Positions 48,734 through 59,780 of a stretch of 64,000 nucleotides of DNA are shown here, one piece after another; positions within the stretch are counted from its first letter, which is position 1; each line of letters opens with the position of its first letter. The position numbers and the translations under genes were made by a program. Location of the stretch: positions 720,436 to 784,435 of the forward strand of contig SMSO01000031.1 in the NCBI GenBank assembly GCA_004764695.1. The letters are read 5' to 3'. The stretch comes from Schizochytrium sp. TIO01. Lineage: Eukaryota > Protista > Bigyra: Labyrinthulomycetes. The notes beneath the pieces are model-generated. The model did no database searches and had not been told where the DNA came from. It saw nothing but the letters and a program-made list of their open reading frames with translations.

Positions 48734-49424
48734 ATATCCCGGGAAAAGCAAGAGAGAAGTCGCATCGAGTGCCATTAAGCGCTTCGAGAGCACTTAAGGA
48801 CTCGGCGGACAGACCGCTATATACAGGAGGTGCCCAACTGCCTTCAAGTTGGCACCCAATGGATATCTGGGATCCGGAGCCAGTTTAATTTGGTACGCGC
48901 TTTCGAAGCGGGTAACGTTTCAAGGCATGCGATATCCCGGGAAATGGACTTCGACAACGACCAGCTTTCCTGGACTTGTCTTGTTTTCGCTCGAGGTTAT
49001 CGGCTCGACCAGATGTCTCGTCTCGTCTCGTCGAGGCAGATGGCTGCGCTCCAGGTACGCCATATCCCGGGAATCTGAGCTGGTTTGGCGTCGTCAAGGG
49101 AGGTTTCTGTAATCCCTCAGGTTCTGTAGCCCGGGGAAGTCTCCTTCCTAGCGGTGCTCGCGCGAGCTGGAGCGCAGGATCTTCTGGCGGCGATGCGCTT
49201 TGCCTTGGGTTCTGCGCGAGTAACGGGGTCGATAGGATCAGCCTGTGCCTTTAATATCCCGGGAATCTGAACGAAGTACTTGATAGTTTGAGGGGGGGCT
49301 TACTTACCGTGATTCCTTGCTTGCGTTTCTGGTCTTAGGGTCGACACAAAGGCAGTTCAGCCTGTTCAATGAGCGGCTTGGGAAGGTGCTCAGTCAGTCA
49401 CCTGATTGCATAATATCCCGGGAA
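48734..49424 (+). promoter_or_regulatory. Cluster of five same-orientation ATATCCCGGGAA motifs (48734, 48932, 49062, 49254, 49413)
   Basis: Exact 12-mer repeated five times in ~700 bp, with palindromic core TCCCGGGA, between two divergently transcribed genes. The regulatory role is inferred. Confidence 0.55.
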
Positions 49425-49948
49425 GTGCAGATCATGCCCACAATAAAAACAGTATTGATACTAGTATGTATTGCAGATTGGGAGGCGTGCAGAGGTAGTT
49501 TGACAAGGATGACGAACTCAGGAGAAAGAGAAAGAGGATGGTATATGAGCTATTGGGGTTTCGGGTATGATGTCAGTCCAATATACAGAAGGTATCGGAC
49601 AGAAGAGCTAGGTGAGGTTAGGTGAGGTTAGGCAGTAGCTGTATATAACTTCGATAGTATGTAAGAGGATCGAGCAAGCGCTTCTCATATTGATCAGATA
49701 TGTGACGGTTTCATGAACCATGAGGGGTTTGTGCAATGGTAGAAGGAATCTTTCATAGGTAGTTGTCGGATGGTAACATAGAATCCTACATAGTTTCCTA
49801 TTCACATGATTGGTTAGAATATTAAAGAAACTGCTTACTAGTAGCACTCAGGAAACGAAGACCGAAGACCAAAAACCAAAACCCAAACCCCAAAATCAAA
49901 ATTAAAACCCAGAACAAAACGAAATTGGGAAGTCTTTGTCTATAATTT

Positions 49949-52349
49949 ATGCAAGAATCTACAATGAAAGTAGAAAACTTTACTCCACTGATACAAGCAC
50001 TCAAGGCGCGCAATGGAGATGCATTAGAGGCAGAGCGAATCCTGCAACAACTTCTTGGTTCAAATGAAGATGACTTGTACTCCATCGTTTTGAGCGGTAC
50101 TCTTCCAAACCATCACCAGGCAGATTTGGTGGCAAAGCTGACTGGTCTTCCTTTAAACAATATTCAAATACACTCCATGCTGACTATACGCATTCGACGT
50201 CTCGAAGATACGCTTGAACATGTTATTGGATATGGTATAGAGTCAGTGGACCACTCGGAGGAAGGTTTAAAGAAGCACCGTGGGGTAAAATACGACGAAT
50301 ATGCTGAAGTCTATTGTGATGGAGAGACTACTTCGGGACAGTCTTTGAAACTAGACGAAATTTCCGAAGCAATCTCAAAGTTTCGCTCGAAAATAACTAC
50401 AACACAAGCCTCTCCAAAAGTATAGACTTAACGGTCTATCTTCGGGATACCTCATGTCTTAACATAGTTGTTCTACCACTCCAACGATTTCAGAGTCCAG
50501 ATTCGAGCGTGAAAAAACTTATGGAGTCAAAAAAGACAATTATTCTCAATCTGCTTATGGTACCTCAGGGGTGCTCCACGTCTATTCTGCAATCCTCAAC
50601 TAAATTTGAGAATGGAGGAGAGCGTACACTTACATGTTTCTTTGTTCCCGAAGACTCTAACGACCGCCAACCTCTTCTGGACAAAATCCGGGACTTCAAA
50701 AGAAACCTCAATCTCGGCGGTGAAATTAATATTCTCTTTGACGTGAAAGGTCAGGATGGCGCAAGCACTGGGCGAGGTGAAAGTCTAAACAAATGTGAAG
50801 ACTGGATTTTAGACGTGTTTGAATCATTGAAAATAGGCTACGAATCATTTGTTGAGCAGATTGTAGATCTTCACGAAAGGTTGCTATTAGGAAACCTTCA
50901 GAATCTTGTTGCGCAATCAGAGATATGTATATCTAGGCAGAAAGCCATCTTGAGTGAGTTAGCAGCTGCGCCCAAGACGGAATCTGAGCTTTACGAGAGT
51001 TTAAGAGACAGGCTTGACGAGAGTAGAACTATCCTTGCCAAATCACGACAAGGAGATTGTAGGTTTGCTATTCAAGAAATCAAAACAACACCTGACCGAT
51101 CACAGGAATTCGATTACAATTGGACGTCTTCTTATCAAATTAGAAATGCTGAAAAACGACGCACAGAATCCACGTCAGATACAACCCTGAAGTTCGCGTG
51201 GGGGTCTAGTCAAATCAATTCTAGAGAATACTCTGAGAAGGGATGGAAAGTGGTGGTCGAGATGATTTACCTAAAGCAGTACCGAGGAAACCTATCTGAG
51301 CTCGCCATCTTTGTCTGGATCACCCCTCCAGCATCGTGTGAATTAATCTCTCCAACTTCAGTCTCAATGACCCAGACAGCTACGGGCAAATATCAAACTA
51401 TGGCATTTCGTCAGCTAGTTAGTCGAGTGAGTGGCTCATCAAATTCATCAACGAGAGAAAGTTTATGGTTTCAGACATGCACGAGATCAAGCAATACGAT
51501 ACAAGATATATGTGTGACCATACCCATATCTGACATTCGTCAGGAACAAAGCTTTTTAAAATTCGCTTCGTCAATGGAGACTTTCCGTGAGTCCATCGAA
51601 GCTAAATTTTCTGAAAAACAGTTCTTCTCGTCTGCGATTTATAATGACTTGAAGATCTTACTATATGCGTGCCAAGAAACAAACGGGCAACCTCCTTTAT
51701 GGACAAGCAACAGGCACTGGCAATTTTTACATCCATTCCGAGCGGAGTTGTTTACTATGGGGCACGCATTTATTGAAAAAGTTGCCCAAGAAGCTTCAGA
51801 ATGGTTTTTAAGTGCATTGAAACCTCAGTTCCCATCCACCACAGGATCTGAAGTCTGTTTGAAATGGGTTGTTGATATGTTCTGTACAAGTGCACAGAAT
51901 GAAGCTAGGGATATACTTCTACAGGAAGAGACTATGATTCACCAGGGATTCTATCAGAACCAGTTGGCCAAATTTGTTGCACAGGATTTAAAGAACACCC
52001 CGAATAGGAATTTAGGTACATACACCAGTACTGAAAAAATGGGCTCAATGCGGAGATTCAAGAGCAGTGCATCAAGCTTCGCGCAACGTGGGTGGTCTTT
52101 GAGAGTGAGTACATTCAGCTGCTGCATAGGGTCGCTAGATTCAGCTTCTTCTCAGACAGAGCGGAGAACAATTTGATGAAGCACGCCTCTAAAAACCTAA
52201 AGCTAAGGGCAAGAGACATGCTTTGCCCTCGAGAGAGTATAAACGATATGGTCACCGCACTATCAGAAAATACGAAACTTCTGCAGCACGCAGTCCTCAA
52301 AGCTAATAAATTACTTGCTATTGAAAGCGGCGAGATGTTCGGCTTTTAG
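49949..52349 (+). CDS. Degenerate dynamin/Mx-like protein (G-motifs eroded); -1 frameshifts in A-runs at ~50416-50419 and 52034-52039
   Basis: SIVLSG..LTGLPL, IDLTVY..LNIVVLP, KKLMESKKTIILNLL and GERTLTCFFVPE parallel the dynamin G-domain scaffold (DLTLIDLPG, TIIL, DPxGERTxGVxTKPD). The C-terminal EIQEQCIKLRATWVVFESEYIQLL...LQHAVLKANKLL resembles a GED. Confidence 0.6.
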
Positions 52350-52868
52350 AAAAAAAAAAATCTTCTCAACTTCCTTGTCTTACCATTAGAAGCGCGAGTG
52401 TGTCAAAAGGCACGAGAGATTGCACTATTACCTCTATGTCAGCTCATTGTCATCAGCACCAATGAATTCGTATACCTTCTCAGAGCAATACTCTTCTTGT
52501 TTGAAAATAAATATATAAATAAATGAACAAATAAATTGACATATATATTCATATATGCACCGCTCGCGTGAAACTCTTTAAAATGATATCCCTAAGTTGG
52601 CATGACCTTGTCAAAAGCTACTTAGCTTCCACTGTGGGACTTCAACTGAAAGCAAGACTGAAGAGAACATTGTATTAATTCAAATGAATGTACCAGCAGG
52701 ACCTAGGATATTATAATTAAGCATCAATGAGATGCATATGTTACTGAAGTGCAGACTGCGTCTGTTCAGAGCAAGACATATAACAGAATTTTATTTCTTT
52801 GATTATGGATGAGTTGAATGAAATTTGAGTATGTCATTGGCTGCCAAAGTCATGCCAATATGATTTAT

Positions 52869-54038
52869 TTAGTTTACCTGCTTATTCCACCAGGAAGGGA
52901 ACTTGGGCACTTGAGCAGGCTGCCCTGCCACAGAGAACGCTCCGTCCTGGGTCCACTTGGTTTCTGCGTCGTCCTCGAGACGCATGAGTGCAAGTCCAAT
53001 GTTTGCGGCGGGCGAAAAGGCCACAAGTTTGCCCGGGGCACGGTTGCTGCCATTGTCCTCGATATTTCCACGCTCTAAATCAATCGGGAGTTCAAGCTCA
53101 AGACCTTGAGGCACTCCACCAATCTTAATTCCAGCCAGGAGGCCCCGCTCCTGAACTGTGTGCTCACCTACAGTCAGAGGTACAACCCGCTTGCGAACGA
53201 GGCCCTTAAAATGCGTGCGTGCCACTAATTCTTGGCCTGTGTAGCAACCCTTATGAAAGTTAACTCCATTGAGTTTCTCAAGATTATACTCCAGCGGGAT
53301 GCCTCCATCAACCTCCATACCTTCGGGCACTCCGCAAAGAAGTCTGAGTTGATCGTAAAAGTGCTTTGGCGCTTCCTTAAGTCCCAATTTCCCCAGAATT
53401 TTCCTGGTGGCATCTTCGTGCTTTGCCGAAGCCACAACCCTGAAACCAAGCGTTTCATCGCGGGGGTCCTTAACCACAGCTCCTGCCGGAATTTCGTGAA
53501 GGCCTTGTGACAACTTGTCATCGCCACCCATAACAGCCCACACGTTGTACCTTCCCGCGGCATCTTCGATGGTGACGTTAGCCCTGAGCTTAAAGAGTTT
53601 GAGCAGCTTCATCACCCTCTGTCGAACGCTCTCATGGACGTCAAGAAGATATGCATCTTCCGCGACACGGTGCACAATGGTCTCGGCGAGCATGCGGCCT
53701 TTGTTGGATAAGAACGCTGCGAATTGTGCTTCGTCCTCAGCTTGCAATTTCGTCAAGTCGTTCGTCACGAGGCCCTGCAAAAAATGAACAGCGTCGGGTC
53801 CGCTCACCTCCACGATGCTACGGTCCTTAAGCTTGCGGAATGCGAGGTCTTCCGAGGCTGCGGCTTTGACATCTTTGCTATCTTGGCCATCCTTGAGATC
53901 TTTGGCCTTTTGGGCCTCAGAGTCATCGACCTTGGCGCCGCTAGAGAACAATCGCGGTGCCCCGAGAGCATTGCATGAGGCACCTCGGATTAGGGATGGA
54001 GCCGCGGGCCGTGCCGCGAGCCTTGCAAATGCGAGCAT
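52869..54038 (-). CDS. IBA57: Mitochondrial Fe-S cluster assembly factor IBA57/CAF17 (YgfZ/GcvT family)
   Basis: VSGPDAVHFLQGLVTND and signature VNFHKGCYTGQELVARTH. Arg/Ala-rich targeting-like N-terminus from MLAFARL (54038). Confidence 0.92.
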   Translation of the reverse strand: MLAFARLAARPAAPSLIRGASCNALGAPRLFSSGAKVDDSEAQKAKDLKDGQDSKDVKAAASEDLAFRKLKDRSIVEVSGPDAVHFLQGLVTNDLTKLQAEDEAQFAAFLSNKGRMLAETIVHRVAEDAYLLDVHESVRQRVMKLLKLFKLRANVTIEDAAGRYNVWAVMGGDDKLSQGLHEIPAGAVVKDPRDETLGFRVVASAKHEDATRKILGKLGLKEAPKHFYDQLRLLCGVPEGMEVDGGIPLEYNLEKLNGVNFHKGCYTGQELVARTHFKGLVRKRVVPLTVGEHTVQERGLLAGIKIGGVPQGLELELPIDLERGNIEDNGSNRAPGKLVAFSPAANIGLALMRLEDDAETKWTQDGAFSVAGQPAQVPKFPSWWNKQVN

Positions 54039-54967
54039 GGTTTTCTGGGAGCGGATTTCGGATGGAGTCGTATAGAATGATGCCGATGGCTCGCCGAATC
54101 CGTGGCCGAAGGTTGGCAGGATATGCCGACGGGGGCCCACGAAGTTTGTGAAGACCCGCTTGGGGGTGTTTTGGAGCCTAGTCCCACGCTTTCACGCGGT
54201 AAATATACGAGAGACTGCTGCTCTGCGCCTCGCCAGGCAGTTCTTGGTCTGCTTCACGAGCTCACGCAGCAAGGAGTGCTGCAACTACCATATTAATCCC
54301 GTATTTAATTTTGAAAACCAAACTCGCGGGCATTGTTGATTCCCCAAAACATCCAAACCTTGTGCATCTTAATCATGCTGTAAACTACGTCAAACTCAAA
54401 ACAAACCTATGCAACAGAGTCCACAGATGACGGAAGTTCTATGACAATAAATGTGAGAGGTTTGCGGATATGACGAGTGAGTTATTGGGTGTTGAACGAT
54501 AGCTATATTCCGTTGAGGCCGCTTGAGGATGCCCTGAAGTCGCCCTGGGGTACTAGTATGCGTTTGCGCTCACTTTTTGAGAGACTAAATCGCATACGAG
54601 AATGGATAGAGAGAAAAGAAGAAGCTGAGGAAGAAGGAAAGAAAAGAGAAGCGAAGAAAGAAAAGAAGATGAATGAACGTACGAATAAATGATGACGAAT
54701 GAGAGAAGGAATGAAAGAAAATCGAACAAACGAAACTGGGAATCAGATTTGCGGTGAGGAAGAAATCGCCATTCAACCTGCAGACCCACCGAAGGGACTC
54801 GTTCAAGCCCTGCCAGTTACAATGTGCACAAATGCGATCAAAGAGATTCCATGCATTTTCATATACGCAGCGGCGTGACATTCACTCATCCATTTATTTA
54901 TTTATTTATTTTATTCATCCATCATCTGCTTTCCATCAATGGCGGAGCGTGCTTCAGGAACGAAGAG

Positions 54968-54995
54968 GAATGAATGAATGAATGAATGAATGAAT
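54968..54995. repeat. (GAAT)n microsatellite
   Basis: gaatgaatgaatgaatgaatgaat; an opposite-orientation (TTCA)n run lies at ~56499-56524. Confidence 0.85.
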
Positions 54996-56966
54996 AACGA
55001 AGAATCGCTTCTGCGATGGACTCAGTGCCTTTTTTTTCGAGCTGGCAAAAGCTTCTCGCCCACTGCAAGCAGCGCAACCTATCGAGCTAAAACAAACCCC
55101 TGCGCCTGTGGATTAAACCACAATCGAAACCGCAATCGTTTGCCATCACTCGACGTCATTTCTCATGCAACGACCAACACGATTGTGGAGCAGCTGAACA
55201 TCGTTGCATTCATCCACAGAAGATGCCATTACTACTGAGCTACTACTGTTTTGGGTAGAAGGCATCCTTTTTGAAGGAGTCACAGCTGAGTGATCAGGAC
55301 TAGATCGGAGACGACGGTGAGGCGCGTGCACGCTGAAGCCCATAAAAGATGTGGATGTGGCCTTGGAGGAATGGAATGCTTGTGCTTGGTAAGGACTGAG
55401 AGATTATAGTGGCGGGCTCGCAGTGGAGCTCCTTGGTGTCGAATGTCAGCTTCAACTTAGGTTGCTCGAAATTTTCCGACCTGAGACAAAACTATAGCCA
55501 GGGTCCGAGGCAGCCGATATCGTATACATATTTTCGTTGAGGTGGCTTAAACTAGAGGGATCTGAGAAACTGCTCCGTGAAGTCTGAGACAGCCTCAGTT
55601 GTGGAGACGTAATTGCGTGTAATAAAGTATTAGGCTGTAAAAAGCGTACGAGTTCTTCATCCTCTATAAGGTATTCATTTAAAATGTTTAAGGTGTACTT
55701 CGATTTTGCAATGCTACAGATAGCGGACTGAGCTTGGGTGGGATGCATCTATAGCTAAAACAGTCGCTGGCAGGCATTATTTAAGCCAAGCATTATGAAT
55801 TAATTAATTAATATGGTGCTTTTTGAGGCTTTACTTCAATTTCTTTTTGCTCCTTTTGATACAAACATACACTTATAAGACTGCAGTGCCGCTGCAGTGC
55901 TAGCAACCAAAATTTGCATATTTCTGGCTACACGTCAGTCAGTATCTCCCTCAATATTGCAATATGTTGCGCTGTGAGCGACGCTTGTTTCTCACGGCGT
56001 TTTTTCTTACCAGTGTCGCTACAAAATTAAACATTGTACGGGCCTTCCAAGCCCCTGACTCTCTCTAGCAATAATATCCCCAGCCCTCCCTGTCGCCTTT
56101 TGCCACACTCTCCAATGAACTCATTCGACTTTGACTCGGTTTTCACATGGCCACCTCGACAACAAATAACTGTCGCTCCTGGCTACCTATCCCTACTACA
56201 TACCTAGCCTTAACCATAACACCCCGTCCAAACTATCGCATACTATCTATCCTCTATTTCCAGTATCCAAAATAGAACGATGCCATTCTGCAGAACACCT
56301 CAAAGGAACGCTCTGTGGGTACCATAATAGGAGCACTTACTATAAACTGTAGCAGTGCGCGGAAGGGCACAAAGAGCGGTCGATTCCTAACGTCGGCCCG
56401 TAAGTACGCTATAAATGTTTGCACAGTAGAGTATTCAGAATTAAGCGACTTATAGGGAGCGCTGTAAGTGAGTTATACGTAATAGAAGAGAGCGCTTTGT
56501 TCATTCATTCATTCATTCATTCATCTTGAGCTAAGATGTTTTTTTTCTTTTGTTTTTTTGTTGTTTCGATCATCGCTAGCGTCGCGTTTTTGCCGTGCAG
56601 TCTACGACTGTCAGCGTCCGCAACGCGTAGCAGCGGTGCCCTTGGGGGTTAATCGAAGTGCGTGTCACGAGGTCCGTGTCTGGGCTGCTAGGTGACTGTC
56701 CCAGCACCCTCGTCTGTGCTCTGATCTCTAGCTCGACATTTCATCGGGCTGGCTGGCGGCGGCGGCGGCTCAACTTCTCGATACCTTTGGCGGAGTTCAC
56801 TTGACGGCTACGCCGCGTAGGACTTCTTGACCACGCTTGACGCGAGGTGGTGCAGGGCACTTTCGTTTAGGAGCAACGGATTCTCAGTGCTGACGTCCGG
56901 TGCATTTTCATAGCGAGATTGGACGTGTATTTGCGGTTAATTTGATTTGCTATCGACTAGGCTACC

Positions 56967-57980
56967 ATGGAACAGGCAAAACCTCTCGTGCGCAGTGTGC
57001 GTGATCCCAAGGTCGAGATTCTCGAGCTAAAGGAGGACTTTATCAAATTCATCTTGAGCGACACAGACGTCAGTGTGGCCAATGCTCTGCGTAGAGTGCT
57101 TATTGCAGAGACACCAACCGTGGCTATTGATCTTGTGACGATTCATGAGAACTCATCGGCTTTGCATGATGAGTTTATCGCTCACAGATTGGGCCTCATC
57201 CCGATTCGTATTACATCCCAGGAGGGCGTTACAGGCATGAACTACAAACAGGATTGCTTCTGTGATTCTATGTGTCCCCGGTGCTCCGTTAAGTTCACAT
57301 TGGATGTGAAGCATGACGATCCGGACGAGGCTGTCCGTCTTGTCACGAGTGCTGACCTCAAGTCAGATACTGCTGAAGCTGTACAGTATTCTTCGTTGGA
57401 TGAGGAGGAATTTGTGCGTGACTTAAGCCCAGACCGGCCCATGGGTATTACCATTGTCAAACTCGGATATGGTCAGCGCATCAAGTGCGAGTGCATTGCC
57501 GTGAAAGGTATCAGCAAGATCCATGCCAAATGGTCCCCTGTCAGTGTTGCTACCTTCGCCTATGACCCCGTCATCGAGCTCAATGATGCGCTCATGGATG
57601 AAGTTAGCGATGCGCAAAAGAAGGATTTTGTGGAGTCGTGCCCTGTTGAAGTCTTCTCTTTCGATTCGCAGACCGGCAAGGTTGCCGTGGACAAGCCCAG
57701 TGCATGCATGTTCTGTGATGAGTGTGTCAAGGTCGGTGAGGGCTGGAAAAAGAGTCACGAAGAGGACAATGTGGTGTCTGTCACTCAAGCTCCGAACCGA
57801 TACATTTTCAGTGTGGAGACCACGGGTGCGTTGAAGCCTGAAGATGCCGTGTTTTCAGCGCTTAAGGTATTGCAGGACAAACTCCAGCTCATCCAAAAGC
57901 ACTTGTCCAACATTAACTCGGATGAAGTGCCGCTCATGGAAGGCCAGGGTGGCTTTGTAGATACCGGTGGCTTCATCTAA
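56967..57980 (+). CDS. RPB3: DNA-directed RNA polymerase II subunit RPB3
   Basis: SVANALRRVLIAETPTVAID, LHDEFIAHRLGLIP, Zn motif CFC..CPRCSV, KGISKIHAKWSPV and FSVETTGAL. Confidence 0.95.
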   Translation: MEQAKPLVRSVRDPKVEILELKEDFIKFILSDTDVSVANALRRVLIAETPTVAIDLVTIHENSSALHDEFIAHRLGLIPIRITSQEGVTGMNYKQDCFCDSMCPRCSVKFTLDVKHDDPDEAVRLVTSADLKSDTAEAVQYSSLDEEEFVRDLSPDRPMGITIVKLGYGQRIKCECIAVKGISKIHAKWSPVSVATFAYDPVIELNDALMDEVSDAQKKDFVESCPVEVFSFDSQTGKVAVDKPSACMFCDECVKVGEGWKKSHEEDNVVSVTQAPNRYIFSVETTGALKPEDAVFSALKVLQDKLQLIQKHLSNINSDEVPLMEGQGGFVDTGGFI

Positions 57981-59780
57981 GATTTATGCAGCATACAATC
58001 ATACTTTTACTCCTTTAAAAACACCAGCGACAGAATCAACAACGACAATCTTGTCATTTCCATTAAACATCCTATATTCAGACCCTTTTATCAGACCCTT
58101 TCTCCTCCTGTCCAAGGTTTTTGACAGTCATAGTTGCACAATAAGTAGCATTATTAATAGTAGCAGAGGCAACACTATTTACGTAAACTGTTCAGCGAAA
58201 CTCGTTTCTCCCGCCAATGGCCGCAATTACTTCAAAGTTGGAACATATCTGAGCTTAGCTCTGCCAATATGATAGTTCAATTGCTATGGCAGCATGATCT
58301 GTAGCACGAAGTTGCAACGACGGTTTCTCGTTGTATTTGACAGCATTTCTGTTCAGCATCACCCATTAGCCCTCCCCCTTCTCCCCTTCGATAACATGCC
58401 AAAAATGTTGCATTTCTCTATCTCGCTCAACAGCTGAGTGCAAATGACGCATTGATTCAATATCCATTATTGATATTTTTACCTCTTCTCTTCTTACCTT
58501 TGCTGGTTTCTTGTGATGTCAAACTTCTGTCGAATCCTCTCAAACATGAGAAAGATGTGTAATGCTCTTGAAAAATATATATTAAGAATTCTGATTTTTA
58601 GAGTGTTTTAAGATGAGGTTTTAGCAAATCCTTCTGTTTCATAATTACTTGCTAGTCTCTAAGCTTTTAGTCCAAACGATTAAAAAACTAAAAGAGACTC
58701 TTTTGTTTCTTTGCTTGTTTTCACAGAACTGCACACCTTTTAATTAATATGAGGAGTCCGATGCTACGCAGTTTAGAATAAATGTGTTTCCATGGTGACA
58801 AATGTATATGTAAATTGTCTGCACAACATTGAAGCCCGTTATACTGATAATCTACTGTAACAAACAGTATCACCAATTTTACAAAAATATCTTGAACATT
58901 CTGTGAACAACTGATTATTGTTCGTGTGCATGCGAGTAAACGAGTTTTCACTAGCTTGAAACATCTGAACTACGAAATTTTAAAAATATCTTTGATAAAG
59001 ACTCATCAAAGTTGAGCTTACAAGTAGTAACTATTTGTATAGAAAGCCGAACAAACTTATGATGTCCGAATTTGTTTCATTCAAACTTTAAAAAGGTGCT
59101 TAGGGCAGCCTTACAATGAAATAATGTGAGGCCTAATATAAATCGAGTGGAACGGCTCCGAGATCGCTAGATACGCTGACAGCTGAGCTTTGCTCAAGGA
59201 CTCAATCTGGCAAAAGCAGATATTTATGTATCTGAGCTGCCTTTATTCTCACGCTTTCAACTATTACATACATCCCAAATCGCCTGATTACTGTGCAGAA
59301 CTAAAGGGTGTTATTCAAAGGATATTACATTATTCAGCTTTTGGTTAAGCTGTACGAATAGGTATTGAGGAGTTATAAGCAAAACGTTTAGATTCACGTG
59401 GGTACCATATTGGGTTGCGTGTCAAGGTTTCATTAGAATTGAGACTAAAGGGGAATCGATATTTCGTTTTGATTAAAATGCAGAATGATTTTAATAAAAG
59501 GAAAAGAAATAAGAATATAACAAGGCTGCCAGCTCATAACATGAGCTGCTGCCTGTGTGTCCAAACTGCAAAACTGGTAGGGGAAGCGTTTAATTACGGC
59601 CTCGGTAGCGCTATTGCAATTCTTGCTTCATTTAATGTGTATGTTGCTTTGCTTTGCTTACATTGTTGTTTGTTTCGGAATGAGGAATAATAAAACACCA
59701 ACGAGCAAAACGGGATGTGTACACCTTCTGTGCAATTTCAACTAAGCATAAAGGACACTTCAGCTTCTACCAATTTTAAT

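Noticed and set aside
48734-49424. ATATCCCGGGAA repeats as a CRISPR array
   Set aside because: Only 12 bp long, with irregular 130-200 bp spacing.
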